DNA of 20,504 nucleotides from Trypethelium eluteriae (taxonomy: Eukaryota). The stretch's first letter is position 1, and every line of letters begins with the position of its first letter. Below are positions 10,743-20,504 of the stretch, in pieces. The stretch lies in NCBI GenBank assembly GCA_051942245.1, contig JAVECL010000003.1, positions 124,001-144,504 of the forward strand, in the 5' to 3' direction. Under the pieces are notes generated by a model, which worked only from the letters and a program-made list of their open reading frames with translations, had not been told where the DNA came from and did no database searches. A program made the position numbers and the translations under genes.

Positions 10743-11407
10743 TCTATTCCCAGCCTTCTCTCTACAAATCTGCATTCATTGATGATTTCCTGCTTCAGGA
10801 CCGAGCTAATAGATTTCTAAAATGCTGGAGCGTTCTGAAATATCGTAGATAGTCTTTAGTATAGCGTAGCATAGCATACCCCAGTGTCCTCGCAACATGG
10901 CTGTTGTTTTTATCAACAGAACATGGGTGCTCCTTTTTTCTCTTTACGTCAGCCTTCAGCTGTTGGCGACATTTGCAGGCGTCGATTCTTGCTGGCGGCG
11001 AGCTTTGGCTTTTGTGGTATTGTGGCGAGCCTTTGATCACAGTGCCTAAATTCTACACGGTATCCATCTGATGAGTCGCGATGTTGCAGACGCCATAGTC
11101 GGCCGGTCGGTGCCATTGAAAGCCCAAAAGAGACGGAACTAAACATAAGGAAGGGAATTGGGTATGGTCACGGGCAGTGGCCTTTGAAGGAAAGAAAGAG
11201 CCGGATGTGAAAGGTTGCCATCTAACAAGGGGCATGGCAAGGGACTGAGCGCAGCTAGATCAATTCAAATAAATGAGCGAGATTGCCCCGTCCGCTCTGG
11301 CAATTACTGTGCTTCCCTTGCTCTATTCCAAGGACGATAACCTAGGTACGTGAGCACGTTTGACGAGTCAGTAGTGCTGGTAGCAATTGTTAGATGACCC
11401 AGTTCTA

Positions 11408-12268
11408 TTACTTGCCGCTGTCCTGCTCAGAACTGGCGGTGTTGACGACAGTATTCTCCACGCGTCTCTCATCGCCACCTGACCTGGCTGTGAGCTCTTC
11501 ATCCGCATCTTCTCTCTTTACCATGACCGGCTCTTCCTCTCTTTCCTTTTCGACATCTCTCTCCTTCTTCAGATGCTTTTCATATTCGTCCCAGAGTGCT
11601 TCGATCTCCTTTCCGAGTAGACCCTTCCAGAAGGCGCCCTCTTCATACCTTTTTTCCCTCAGGGCGCTGTTAATCTTTGGCACCGTACCTGAACCGTACC
11701 TCCCTTCCAGGTAATCAAGGAAGTAAGCAGTATGTTGATAGCCCGCATTCCACTGCCCGCCCGGCTCTTGCTTCCAGTGAGGGGGTGATAGACCGCAGCG
11801 AAGACGCACCCAGTCGGCCACGCCTTCAATCAAGCCTGGAGGGGCAGTGCCAAAAGCAGCCCATTGCCAGCAATGCACCATCTCGTGTGTCACCACTCCC
11901 AGGATCTCCTCCTTTACCCGCTGGTGCGCGACATGCTTGATATACTCGGTGGAGAAGGTAATTCGCTTATGCTCGTCGTCATAGTCGAGACCTGTAGTGC
12001 TCGCGACGCCACCCTCCGGTTTGAGGATCAGCGTAATGGATCGCACGGCTGGGATGGCAGAGGAATGAAGATAGAGAGTTGTGATGACATTCTTGACGGC
12101 GTCGGAAAGAATCGCAGTAAGGTCGATGTGGGAGAGGAAGGCAACAGCACCTGGATGAGAGAGGTCGGTGATCTCGAGTCGGAAGAGAGGCTTCGGGAGC
12201 TGATGGGGGAGGGGTTTGGGTGGAACGGGAGACATGGCAGGTTGGAGGGTGAAGGGGATAACGGGCAT
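11408..12268 (-). CDS. BSP/PBSP (basic secretory protein-like) HExxH metallopeptidase-domain protein, 286 aa, intronless
   Basis: EILGVVTHEMVHCWQW (HExxH), PPGLIEGVADWVRL (downstream Glu ligand) and WNAGYQHTAYFLDYLE are characteristic of the family; charged C-terminal tail. Confidence 0.88.
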   Translation of the reverse strand: MPVIPFTLQPAMSPVPPKPLPHQLPKPLFRLEITDLSHPGAVAFLSHIDLTAILSDAVKNVITTLYLHSSAIPAVRSITLILKPEGGVASTTGLDYDDEHKRITFSTEYIKHVAHQRVKEEILGVVTHEMVHCWQWAAFGTAPPGLIEGVADWVRLRCGLSPPHWKQEPGGQWNAGYQHTAYFLDYLEGRYGSGTVPKINSALREKRYEEGAFWKGLLGKEIEALWDEYEKHLKKERDVEKEREEEPVMVKREDADEELTARSGGDERRVENTVVNTASSEQDSGK

Positions 12269-12412
12269 AGGCGGCTATGAGGGAAGGAGTCGATGCGTTG
12301 TAAATTGGAGATGCATCGGTCCTCGCTGTGTCACTTCCTTGCGTACATTGTGATTGTGAAGCATGGATGAAGGATTGCAATGATGTAGTACGCGACTCTA
12401 GAGCAAGGTTAG

Positions 12413-12422
12413 GTACTCCGTA
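12413..12422. promoter_or_regulatory. GTACTCCGTA (reverse complement of TACGGAGTAC), copy 2, centre of the BSP/STU1 divergent promoter
   Basis: Exact 10-mer; ~145 bp from each flanking ATG (12268 and 12568). Confidence 0.55.
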
Positions 12423-12567
12423 ACTAGCGCGGCCGTTGCTCTGGCGCGTCTTCTTACGCTCGCTTTGTTGCTCTCTCCCACTAACTACCTAAGCCACGGC
12501 CACCTAGCTACTACCACCCCATGTCTCCCTGTCAATAACCCCACCCACCCCTCAACAATCAAAAGAT

Positions 12568-15500
12568 ATGGAAAAGGAGGCTCAAGACCTACTCGCTATC
12601 CTGAGAAGGTCCTCGGTGGCTGTCGATGCTAAACTAAATGCATTCAATAATATCAAGTCCAATATCAAGCATTCACGCGTCCCGGATGCAGCCCAGGCTC
12701 CCATCTTCGAATGCATCAAGATCGCGATAACACAACAAACTTCATCCAACCTCGCTTCCTCGGGTTTCTCAACGCTGCAGCACATTCTCAAGCGGCTGAG
12801 ACTTCAAAACCAGATTGGCGTCATCTCAAAGCAAGGATCGAAGCTACATCCCATTCTACTTGACAGGCTTGGTGACCCTAGAGAAAGCCATCGCGTAGCA
12901 GCATCACAAGCATTCACTGAGCTATGGCAGTACAACGCAGAAGATGTCGAGAAGTGTATTCGCGATGCGGCAATTGCAGGCACCAACGTGCGCGGTAAAG
13001 AAGCGGGCATGCAATGGGTGAGCAGGGTACGTGAAGCCTCCATGACGCCGCGCACCTTCCCCAATTAACGTGGCCCAGATGAGTAACGACCACAGCCTTC
13101 AATTCAAATCCTTTGTACCCTACCTGGTTGCCAATCTCGAAGAACATGACGGTGGCGTGCGTGAGGTCGCCAAGCAAGTCGTCATAGAGCTCTTCCGCAA
13201 TGCTCCCGAACATGCGAAGAATGACCTTAGAAAACAAATCAAGAACAACAACGTGCGCAAGTCTATCGCAGAACAAATTCTAGCCCAGATTGGTATCCTT
13301 CCTCCACCGCCTCCAGAGCCGGACCTCAAAGCTTCCGCACAGACCCTTCCCCAATTTGACCACCTCAATCCGACGAACGGCCTCGGCGATAGCGTCATGG
13401 GCGAATTGGCTGCGCCCCCCTCCCAGGAAGATGCACTGTTGGAGCCACTGCATGTCCATTCATCACGGGAGCTCGATGATCACTTCCGCGACATGGCACC
13501 CCATTTTGAAGGCAAGGAAACAGAACACAATTGGATGCAAAGAGACAGAGGCGTTCTCAAGATTCGGCGTCTTACGCAAGGAAATGCTCCAGTCGAATAC
13601 CATGTCCCCTTCATGACGAACATCAAAAGCCTGTCAGAGGGAATACTGAAGGTGGCCAACTCTCTGCGAACAACGATGTCGACAAACGGCTGTCAGCTAG
13701 TACAAGAACTCTCTCGGACCTTACGATCCTCGCTCGATCCGATGGTGGAAGTATTACTCCAGAACTTCGTCAAAATGACAGCAAATACAAAGCACATTGC
13801 TGCTGACAATGGCAATACCACGGCAGATGCCATCTTCTCCCACGCCACATATAGCAAGCGTCTGATGGAGCATGTCTGGTTCGCTTGCCAAGACAAGAAC
13901 GCGAATACAAGGACGTACGCTCCGGGTTGGCTCAAAACGCTGTTGAAGCGACAGCAAAACAACAAGGGCTACTTCGAAAGCTCCGGTAGTCTAGACCTTG
14001 CGGAGAAATGTATAAAGAAAGGCTTGGCGGATGCCAACCCTCGGGTTCGGGAAGGCATGAGGGCGACCTACTGGATCTTTGCCAAAGTGTGGCCAGATAA
14101 GGCAGAATCGTAAGTTGCCAATCACTACGCTTTGATGCCTTGTTGCTTACAGTATATAGCATCATGTCCACTCTCGACCCTAAGTCTCAACAGCTTCTCG
14201 AAAAGGACTCCAATAATCCAAATGCCCCCTCTCTCTCGTCATCCGTATTAAGTAGCAGAGGTCCCAGACCAGATCTCAGATCGTCACAAACTGCGAGCAG
14301 GTCTAATTTGAAGGAAATGATGGCGGCACAGAAGAAGCAAATGGCAGCTAAACGTGCTCCTGAGCGGCCTAACTCTGCAATGTCGGCCTTTTCCCCAGTC
14401 AAACCAACCCTGAACAGCCACAACCGCGTTCCCTCGAGCACTTCAATAAAAAACACCGGTCGTCCGCCTTCTGCCGCAGCAACTAGTCGCAGAGAGGCTG
14501 CTGTCCCATCCTCCTCCAACGTACCAGCAACGGGGTCACTCATGTCGGGTCCAGTCCGCCGACCTCGGCGTCCAGAGATTACGCGACCCAAGACAGCAGA
14601 TCCATATGCTCGTCGGAATGGCGTTCGACCCGACACGCCAAATAATCAGAGCCCGGCAGACAGTCCAAGCAAGAGTTCCAAGAAAACAAGCATCCCAAGT
14701 CCCACCAGCAAGAGACCTATATCCAGCGGGAGTCCAAGACCGAGCCCACGTCCTAGTCCTTCCAAGAGTAGGTCTAGGATGGACCTAGTTGCGGACATCT
14801 CCAGTCCTCCGGATCACGATAATCTTACTATGGTTATGCCTACTGGAGGTATGCGGAGCGCTGGCCAACAAGAATTGCCAGTGCGGAATAAACCCGTTTC
14901 GAGCAATACGACTTCTGCTGACGATGCAACTACGTCAAACGCCGAGGACGACGGCTTTACAATGGTGCTTCCCAATATGAGGATCCCACCTTCGCAAACT
15001 CATTCTTCTGCTGCTTCTCCCGAACGGATTCGACGCAGTCCAGACCGAGCCCGGATAGAATCCACTATGAGCAACTCTCCTAATCTCTCTTCCGAACGTG
15101 TCAACGGTCTCTCAGCAGATATGTCCAATCCTCCATCCCGTCGTGGTAGTCCCGTACGGCAGATGGACGAGGTGCAGGTGTTTGAAGACGAACCTAACGT
15201 TAAGCCTTCTTCACTAGGGAACAGATCCACACCACAATCTCCTCAAAAGAACCCTCTAGAAGAGCTCCCTATCAATGATCAAGGATACGGTCGCAGCCCT
15301 ACTCCAGAACAGGGCAGCAGCGCTGGTAGTCCGCACCCAGCTAATGGCAACCAGATGACTCCTACACACCACAGCAATGGCTTCGGGTCACAGACTCCTC
15401 AAGATCGTGCCGAAACGCTTCGTGCAAGACGCCTATTGGCAAGTGGAATCGAGCGCATCAAGGCTCGTACACTCGATGCCCATGGTTTCAGGAGACTGCA

Positions 15501-16431
15501 AGAGCTCGTGAAGAGCCCGAATGCCGACATTTGGATCCCTTCCGCAGCCCCTACTGGCCAAGATTCCAGTCCGACCAAGGTGAACGATGCATCCGCGGCC
15601 TCATCACCCATAAAAGGATCCACCAACAAGCTCGCTGAGTTGCTCCTCGCCTTGACGTCTTACATCGAGATTCCACTCTCCTCCGTGAGCCCCCAGCCTG
15701 CCAAGGCGGTCAACCTGAAAGGTCAAGCTCTTGCTATAGCAACGGCACTGATCGCGCAACCCCATGCAGCACATCCGGCTTCCGGCTTCGCTCATGTTCA
15801 ACCGTCACGGAAGATCGCACAGGCGACCTGCCCACAGGCTCTGTGCGCCATTCTGCGTGCAAGAAAGGAGTGCGATAATGTGAGCCATCTTGCAGCAGAG
15901 CTGGAGCGCTCAGCCACAGAACTAGTGGGAATCTGTCAGCCTATAGAAGGCATCGACGCCGTCTTGGAGGTCGTCGATTCCGAGGCTTCTTCTTCTTCCA
16001 CCCCTCGCGAAGATGGGGAAGAAGAGGCAGCAGCGGTAAATAGTGATCAAGAGCAGGAGGAGCTGTCCGATTCCACAGGTCACGCCAGACTCATCTCTAT
16101 GGGCCTCGACATCCTCGCTCAGCTCCTTCGACGCCTCAAGCCGCGCGACACGGGGGATACTCGAGAGGCTTTCACGCTCTCGGCGGGCTTGCGTCAGAGA
16201 TTGGGACAGGTGGCGGTGAAGTTCCTTGAAGATTCCGAGCCGGATGTTCGTCGGGCGGATACCGATTTCTGTGTTGAGCTTTACGATGTCATTGCGCGGC
16301 GGAGAGGCGGAGCGGAGGAGAAGATCGGGAATGGAACTGGCGCAGAAGAGTTCTGGAAGGTGGTGGGAAGTGCGGATGAGGGTAGCCTGAACCTGATCAC
16401 CTATTACCTTGCAAAGAGGGCGAAGGCCTAG
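12568..16431 (+). CDS. STU1: CLASP-family microtubule-associated protein Stu1; exons 12568-13026, 13079-14109, 14160-16431 (~1253 aa)
   Basis: N-terminal TOG-like region (LLDRLGDPRESHR), CLASP_N domain (FEGKETEHNWMQRD, NSLRTT, KGLADANPRVREGMRATYW), long Ser/Pro/Arg-rich disordered region and a C-terminal helical region ending NLITYYLAK. GT-AG introns 13027-13078 and 14110-14159. Confidence 0.92.
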
Positions 16432-16819
16432 GAGCCAGAGTTATTACGCAGAGTTTATGGAAGATGCGATTCACAGCTTTGTGTTATTAAACCCACAAGG
16501 ACTTGGCGCTTCGGACTCTAAAAGTTGGTGATGGGGATGGCGCTGGGATACAACGACGAGGTTCCAGGACCAACGCGTTTCTCTTCAGTGTGAAGTCCTA
16601 GGCGTTCAGAGCCAGACACGAGGCGATCGGATGTAAAAGGTTCTTCGAAGGGCGCCATTGTAGTATTATAATCATCCCCCTAGTTTTTCATTCAAGCATT
16701 GCAGAAGTCATCTCCATCCCCAACCCAACTGTAGCGCCAATCCAGCCTGCTTCCTCCCACCCCCGAAAGCCCCCACAGCCGCGCACAAAGCAGGGAGTAT
16801 CCCAACCCCAACCACAAAC

Positions 16820-17522
16820 TCAAATCCTCCTCACCCTCCCAATCACCCCATCCAACCGCTCCAAACACGCCTCCTTCTTCCTCACCGCCTCCCTTCGCCG
16901 CTTCTCCACCTCCCGCAGCTTCTCCTCCAGCCCCCGGATCCGCACGCCTTGCTCCGCCTCGCTCGTCCCCACGCCGGGCAGCACCCCAATCAGATACTCG
17001 ATCTGCTGCTCCTTCAGCACCAGGTCCTGCGCCAGCTCGCGCAGCGCGGCGTCGAAGGCGGCGGCGGGGACGGGGAGCATGCCTGTGGGGTCGTCGATGT
17101 TGTTGCCGCCGCTGCTGTTATTATTGTTGCTGGTGGCGTTGTTTTGCGCGCTGTCTTGTTGAGACGGCTGTTGCTGCTGGGCCGCAGGGATGCTTTCGGT
17201 GGTGGGAGATGCGGCGCTGGTGGTGGGGAGAGCGTTATTTGTGCTGCTGTTGCCGTTTGCGCTGCCGGCTTCGGGGGGGAGTGCGGCGCTAGGAGGGACA
17301 GAGGTGGGTTGCGTGCTGCGCGCGTGCGGGTTCTGGTCGGGTTGCGAGGGGATCGCGGCGTAGCTGTGGTGGAGGTGGATGTAGCGGATTGAGGCGTACA
17401 TTTGGGTGACGAGCTGGGCGGTGGAGTTAGTTTGGTCTGGTTTGTCTGGGGAGCGTGAACGTGTGAGAGTTGGGAATTACCTGATCGAGACAGTCTTGTA
17501 GTTGAGTGAGGATATCGGCCAT
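16820..17522 (-). CDS. SRB7: Mediator of RNA polymerase II transcription subunit 21; exons 17522-17481, 17413-16820 (211 aa)
   Basis: [26 protein letters not shown] and [22 protein letters not shown] match the Med21 pattern; GT-AG intron 17414-17480 with an ACTAAC branch point. Confidence 0.93.
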
Positions 17523-17713
17523 GGTGGAGGTGTCTTCACCGTCACGGGTGAGAGAGGGCAATGAAATGGGGGGATCTTGAGGAACAGATGGGCTCGAAGC
17601 TCTAACAAGTTGTATACGATAAGTTACTACGGTATCTGGAGTATAAGTTGTTGCGGCTCGGCCCGAGAGCTTTGTGACGCGCAGACGCGATGTGATGCGA
17701 TGCATGCGATAAG

Positions 17714-17731
17714 GTACGGAGTACTCCGTAC
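17714..17731. promoter_or_regulatory. Perfect 18-bp palindrome GTACGGAGTACTCCGTAC (two overlapping inverted TACGGAGTAC copies) in the MED21/RRG7 divergent promoter
   Basis: The sequence equals its own reverse complement and lies in the 290-bp head-to-head gap. Confidence 0.65.
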
Positions 17732-17812
17732 AAATATCACTCCGGTCGCAACAAATTACCCTAAAAGCCCGTTCCCCGTCAAATCATCCCCATTAATGCG
17801 CTCCTCTGGGTC

Positions 17813-18529
17813 ATGCGTTACGGCCGTCCGTTCATTCTGACTTGCACATACCGTCTTCGAGCTCCACCATCGAGCTACTCCCGATTCAAGAGCTCCTCGA
17901 CCCGCAATACTAGAGAAGGGGAGCACAAAGACCTTCGCTCTTTCGAAGCCTATGTAGACCGAACAGGTCTCAACAAAGCCAGCACTGTCTATCGAGGCAC
18001 CAAATACGAGTACACAGCCGTCGATACCTTGCACCGATTTTTCCTAAATCTTCAGCGACAGGGTGGCCGAGACGACCTTGGCATCGACCTTCTAGGTACT
18101 TGGTCTTTGCCCACCTTCATTCATCCAGTCAACGTCCTAGTATCATGCAAAAGCAACGCAAAAGTAGCGCTGGCAAGTTGGGTGCGGGAGCTTGAAGGTG
18201 CATTTGCAGGCGACCCTCGGGGACCCAATCATGGTAGACTGATTGGATTTCTGGTCGCAAGAGGGGAGGCCACTCCAGGCGTCCGGGATGCATTGGCGCG
18301 AAGTCAATTGCCTTTGGCATTCATCAATATTACTCTGGAAGGAAATGTAAGACAGATAGTATGGAATGCGCATGTGGCGAATATGGGTTTAGAGCGGGTC
18401 ACGCCCAAAATTTGGAATCAGGAGTTAGGAACTGGCGATGATATCGGGGAAGAGCGTACGACCGTCGTACTGATGGAAAATGACCAGATTTTGGACAAAG
18501 TACACGGGAACCGTACGGACATTTCTTGA
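17813..18529 (+). CDS. RRG7: DUF2034 / RRG7-like mitochondrial protein with a restriction-endonuclease-like (PD-(D/E)XK) fold, 238 aa
   Basis: Arg/Ser-rich, acid-free N-terminus (presequence-like); motifs STVYRGTKYEY, GGRDDLGIDLLGTW, VLVSCK and WVRELEGAF recognised as DUF2034-like. Confidence 0.8.
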   Translation: MRYGRPFILTCTYRLRAPPSSYSRFKSSSTRNTREGEHKDLRSFEAYVDRTGLNKASTVYRGTKYEYTAVDTLHRFFLNLQRQGGRDDLGIDLLGTWSLPTFIHPVNVLVSCKSNAKVALASWVRELEGAFAGDPRGPNHGRLIGFLVARGEATPGVRDALARSQLPLAFINITLEGNVRQIVWNAHVANMGLERVTPKIWNQELGTGDDIGEERTTVVLMENDQILDKVHGNRTDIS

Positions 18530-19096
18530 ATCCTTGGTACTTGGACTTATCACGTCCCTATGTGACGGCAGTAGTAAATTACAAGCTAAAGGGCTTGCGG
18601 AAACAAGAGGAATTTGAGGTGACCTCGAATAACCTACTGCCAATGCAATTCTAGGCAAGAAACCTTTCTAGGTCCAGCTTCTCAAGAATTCGCATAGAGT
18701 GCCGGGTCAGCAAAATGGATTGGAAACGAGATTTCTGTGGCATTCATCAGAGCTTCCAAAGACTGATTTCGTGACTCCCATCTTGAGGCCACTTCCCGCA
18801 CCTCTTACACCCTGTCCTATGTGGATAGAAAAGGCATAAGGAACATCATTACCATTGCTTGGACCATGAAACCGTAGTCTAATTGGATTATCAAATGTAG
18901 GATGAAATATCAACGCAAATCACCGGATGCATAGAGCTAGCATGGAGTGCGAACTCTATGTTTCATATACTGAATAGCAGCACGGAGCTTGGATACTCCC
19001 ATTAAATCCGTCACAATGATGTCGTCTCGGAGTTTTCATGGCGCGCTCGTGCGGCTCGACGATGACAAACATCTCGGATTGCGGCACAGTGCATAG

Positions 19097-19103
19097 TATA
19101 AAA
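19097..19103 (+). promoter_or_regulatory. Putative TATA box (TATAAAA) of the NmrA-like gene
   Basis: TATAAAA ~50 nt upstream of the ATG at 19151. Confidence 0.5.
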
Positions 19104-19150
19104 CACTTCTCCATGATGGGGAGTACCTGTAGTTCAGTGTCCTCATCAAA

Positions 19151-20062
19151 ATGTCAGTTGACTTTCAAAACGATTTACTCCTCCTCACTTGTGCAAGTGG
19201 GAAGCAATGCGCCCACCTCATCCCTCTCGTCTCCCAAAAGTTCAAGCGTCTTAGACTCCAAGTGAATTCTCAAGCATCTCTCGATCGTCTTCGTGAACAA
19301 TATCCGTACGCCGAAGTTGTTCAAGCCGATCTTGGTGACCCCCACGCCGTCTCCAAACTCGTTTCCGGAGCTACCGCTCTGTACCTTGTTGGGCCATCGC
19401 TACATCCCCGTGAAACAGACGTTTGTAAAAACGTCGTCGACTCAGCGGTCCAAGAATTCGAAAATGGGAGGGGCGGCTTCAAACATTTTCTCTATAGCTC
19501 TGTCCTTAACACTCAATTGAGCAAGCTGTTGAATCATGATTGTAAGCGCTATGTGGAGGAATATCTGATGGAGTCAGGTCTTCCGTACACCATCATGCAG
19601 CCTACACATTTCATGGATACTTTTCCTGTGGCTTCACTTGCGCAACAGGAAAGTCCCGTGTGGCCCGCACCGTGGGACCCCAAAGTCCAATTCTGCTTCA
19701 TTGCATTGAAGGACCTTGCTGCAGCGAGTGCCATAGTATTGGAGCAACGGGAAAAACATATGTATGCCCAATATCCTCTAGTATCTGCCGGACCCCACAG
19801 CTACGAAGACGTCATCGCCATCACGGGAAAAGAAATGGGAAAGGCGATTCGGATTGAGAAGACGTCGTATGAGGGAGCCATCGCTTCTAGAGTGAAGATG
19901 CTCTTCGGTACTGAGGATTGCGACCCCGGGATGAAGGATATAATGGAGAGATTGATTCTGTACTACGAAAGGAGGGGGCTGTTGGGAAACTCAAACCAGT
20001 TGGAGTGGTTGCTTGGTAGGAAGCCAACATCATATGCAGAATGGGTTAGAGGGAACTTGTAA
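19151..20062 (+). CDS. NmrA-like / atypical SDR NAD(P)-binding protein, 303 aa, intronless
   Basis: LLLTCASGKQ (degenerate Rossmann motif), EVVQADL, HFLYSSV, HDCKRYVEEYLMESGLPYTIMQPTHFM, FIALKDLA and LEWLLGRKPTSYAEWV; good start context (CAAAATG). Confidence 0.88.
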   Translation: MSVDFQNDLLLLTCASGKQCAHLIPLVSQKFKRLRLQVNSQASLDRLREQYPYAEVVQADLGDPHAVSKLVSGATALYLVGPSLHPRETDVCKNVVDSAVQEFENGRGGFKHFLYSSVLNTQLSKLLNHDCKRYVEEYLMESGLPYTIMQPTHFMDTFPVASLAQQESPVWPAPWDPKVQFCFIALKDLAAASAIVLEQREKHMYAQYPLVSAGPHSYEDVIAITGKEMGKAIRIEKTSYEGAIASRVKMLFGTEDCDPGMKDIMERLILYYERRGLLGNSNQLEWLLGRKPTSYAEWVRGNL

Positions 20063-20504
20063 AACTGAGGTCACAAAGGAGTTCTGTGAGATACTCGGTA
20101 GATATTGAGGATGCCTCAATCTGTCATTCAAATAGCACCGCAAAAAAACCTCTTTTGCACAACTGGAAATCTAGAAACGAGTATAAAAACAAGAAAAACC
20201 TCAGATTGGTAGCTGATCGATCTAGCAACGCTATCTAACAACAGTAACTCGTTGTACTCGCCTCCTTCCAAGAGCTTCATGGCATTACCTTCCGTCGTTG
20301 ATCTTTCTCTCCCTCTCTCTTGATTCGGGTATCTTCAAAGGCGATCGGCACTAGAAACGCCTCCCCGCCAGTCTTCTAAGCCCAAATCCTTCAACCAAAT
20401 GTAGAGTATATTGGATAGAAGAGAAACCCTTCGCCACCATTCCAACTCCCACAATGCAGGCCTCGCTGCAGATAACTCTCACCTCGCACTCCCAAACAGC
20501 GCCT

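Noticed and set aside
10780..10837. C/D-box snoRNA-like pair TGATGA ... CTGA in the KAP104 3' region
   Set aside because: Only ~58 nt long, with no convincing terminal stem and no rRNA complementarity that I could recognise.
16949..17392. Antisense and alternative-frame ORFs (e.g. 16949-17392, 945-1349, 10025-10474, 14187-14636)
   Set aside because: Shadow ORFs of real genes with no recognisable domains.
2176..20062. Secondary-metabolite or defence gene cluster (reductase, NmrA-like, peptidase, nuclease-fold)
   Set aside because: These genes are interspersed with core housekeeping genes, and there is no backbone enzyme, transporter, cluster regulator or mobile-element signature.
20220..20504. 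Possible 3' end of a minus-strand gene at the window edge
   Set aside because: All three frames stop within ~50 codons and none resembles a known protein; it cannot be supported without flanking sequence.

Overview
Gene-dense, intron-containing nuclear DNA from a filamentous ascomycete (Pezizomycotina; Dothideomycete-like is my guess). It is not prokaryotic, so most short six-frame ORFs are exon fragments or antisense shadows. By splicing by hand I reconstructed nine protein-coding genes: SRV2/CAP (+), an ARII/GRE2-like NAD(P)-dependent reductase (-), mitochondrial malate dehydrogenase MDH1 (-), karyopherin-beta2/KAP104 (+), a BSP/PBSP-family HExxH peptidase-like protein (-), CLASP/STU1 (+), Mediator MED21/SRB7 (-), a DUF2034/RRG7-like protein (+) and an NmrA-like protein (+). 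I found no tRNA, rRNA, transposon or CRISPR, and no evident novel multi-gene system. The most interesting signals are non-coding. An exact 10-mer (TACGGAGTAC) occurs in all three head-to-head intergenic regions, once as a perfect 18-bp palindrome. There are also two GC-AG introns needed to make intact genes, a probable 3'-UTR intron in MDH1, an intron-split uORF pair upstream of KAP104, and an unexplained ~2-kb gap with splice-like signals.
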